Source of the DNA: a virus
Lineage: Duplodnaviria > Heunggongvirae > Uroviricota > Caudoviricetes
Direction: 5' to 3' (one strand)
Length of the DNA stretch: 64,000 nucleotides
IMG/VR virus record: IMGVR_UViG_3300026473_000783
Of this stretch, positions 63,732-64,000 are shown in pieces; position 1 is the first letter of the stretch; each line of letters opens with the position of its first letter. The position numbers were made by a program, and so were the translations under genes. Under the pieces are notes generated by a model. That model had not been told where the DNA came from and searched no databases. It worked only from the letters and a program-made list of their open reading frames with translations.

Positions 63732-64000
63732 TGAAAAAACCTGAAGATTTTGGAATCACCAAATATGATAAAGAAAAATTTGAAAAAACTGGGATTTTGG
63801 ATTGTTTCCAAAGTGTTTATCTTCGTGATAGAAATTTGAAAAAAATTCCTTTTCAATTTGGTATTGTGGATGGATATTTTGATTGTTCCCATAATCAATT
63901 AAAGTCATTAGAAGGCTGTCCTCAAGAAGTTAAAGGAGATTTTTATTGTTATGAAAATCAACTTAAATCATTAGAAGGTTGCCCGAAAGAAGTTAATGGA
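63732..64000 (+). CDS. family-A LRR-like protein, N-terminal part (runs off window end)
   Basis: MKKPEDFGITKYDKEKFEKTGILDCFQ...CSHNQLKSLEGCPQEV. Confidence 0.55.

Noticed and set aside
1-64000. Giant-virus origin (28% GC, DUF4116-like and FNIP/LRR-like repeat families)
   Set aside because: Shine-Dalgarno sites, lipoboxes, LspA-like genes, an OMP, and sigma-54 and sigma-28 promoter architecture all point to a bacterial chromosome or plasmid.
1-64000. tRNA, rRNA or tmRNA genes
   Set aside because: No segment with tRNA-like GC content or the conserved T-arm GTTCRA motif was found; the GC-rich patches at 8390-8520 and 54199-54240 do not fold as cloverleaves.

Overview
AT-rich (about 28-30% GC), gene-dense 64-kb region of a diderm bacterium: lipobox lipoproteins, signal peptidase II-like genes and an outer-membrane protein ending in Phe. 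I could not identify the organism. It has the look of an accessory island: about 105 predicted genes, roughly 90% on the minus strand, dominated by expanded paralog families. Family A holds 7 LRR-like genes built from ~22-aa CSxNQLKSLEGCPxEVxGxF repeats. Family B holds 19 small (~155 aa) repeat proteins with DUF4116-like ~24-aa repeats, plus fragments. Both families end in the same ~28-aa C-terminal tail, RIVPNPDxETTLKNLxEKKAILxALK. Other multi-copy groups: repeat/PD-(D/E)xK nuclease-like proteins (x3), MESH1-like HD (p)ppGpp hydrolases (x2), LspA-like (x2), metzincin lipoproteins (x2), degenerate S8 subtilisin-like proteins (x3), cold-shock-domain-like genes (x2), and several unnamed 70-280 aa families. 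Single-copy genes of note are a DUF262 protein, a secreted DRGH-type nonspecific endonuclease, a DEDDh exonuclease, a bacterial PTH2, an SPFH lipoprotein, a TPM/YgcG-like protein, SprT-like, GNAT, ORF6N and Imm-like phage-derived genes. The most striking feature is regulatory. At least 24 genes or operons each carry a copy of a ~170-bp promoter cassette: a near-consensus sigma-54 -24/-12 element (YTGGC-N7-TTGCW) plus a conserved palindromic upstream site (TTGATTTTATTAGGTGTCAAAC-N-TTGACA) about 90-110 bp further upstream. The -12 often sits only 13-15 nt from the ATG, which implies leaderless transcripts. About 20 other genes carry a textbook sigma-28/FliA-type motif (TAAAGTTT-N11-GCCGATAA). 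A large, apparently intact TnpB-family nuclease gene (543 aa) abuts a ~190-nt structured repeat that is a candidate omega-RNA/right end. That repeat has two further tnpB-less copies (one inverted), each fused to a sigma-70-like promoter and placed directly upstream of a gene start. A 27-nt repeat / 33-nt spacer / 27-nt repeat mini-array sits at its 3' end. A truncated, catalytically degenerate sigma-54 activator (bEBP) fragment is also encoded here. ORF-track N-termini are often over-extended through TTG/GTG codons upstream of the promoters. Where I checked, I give corrected starts.
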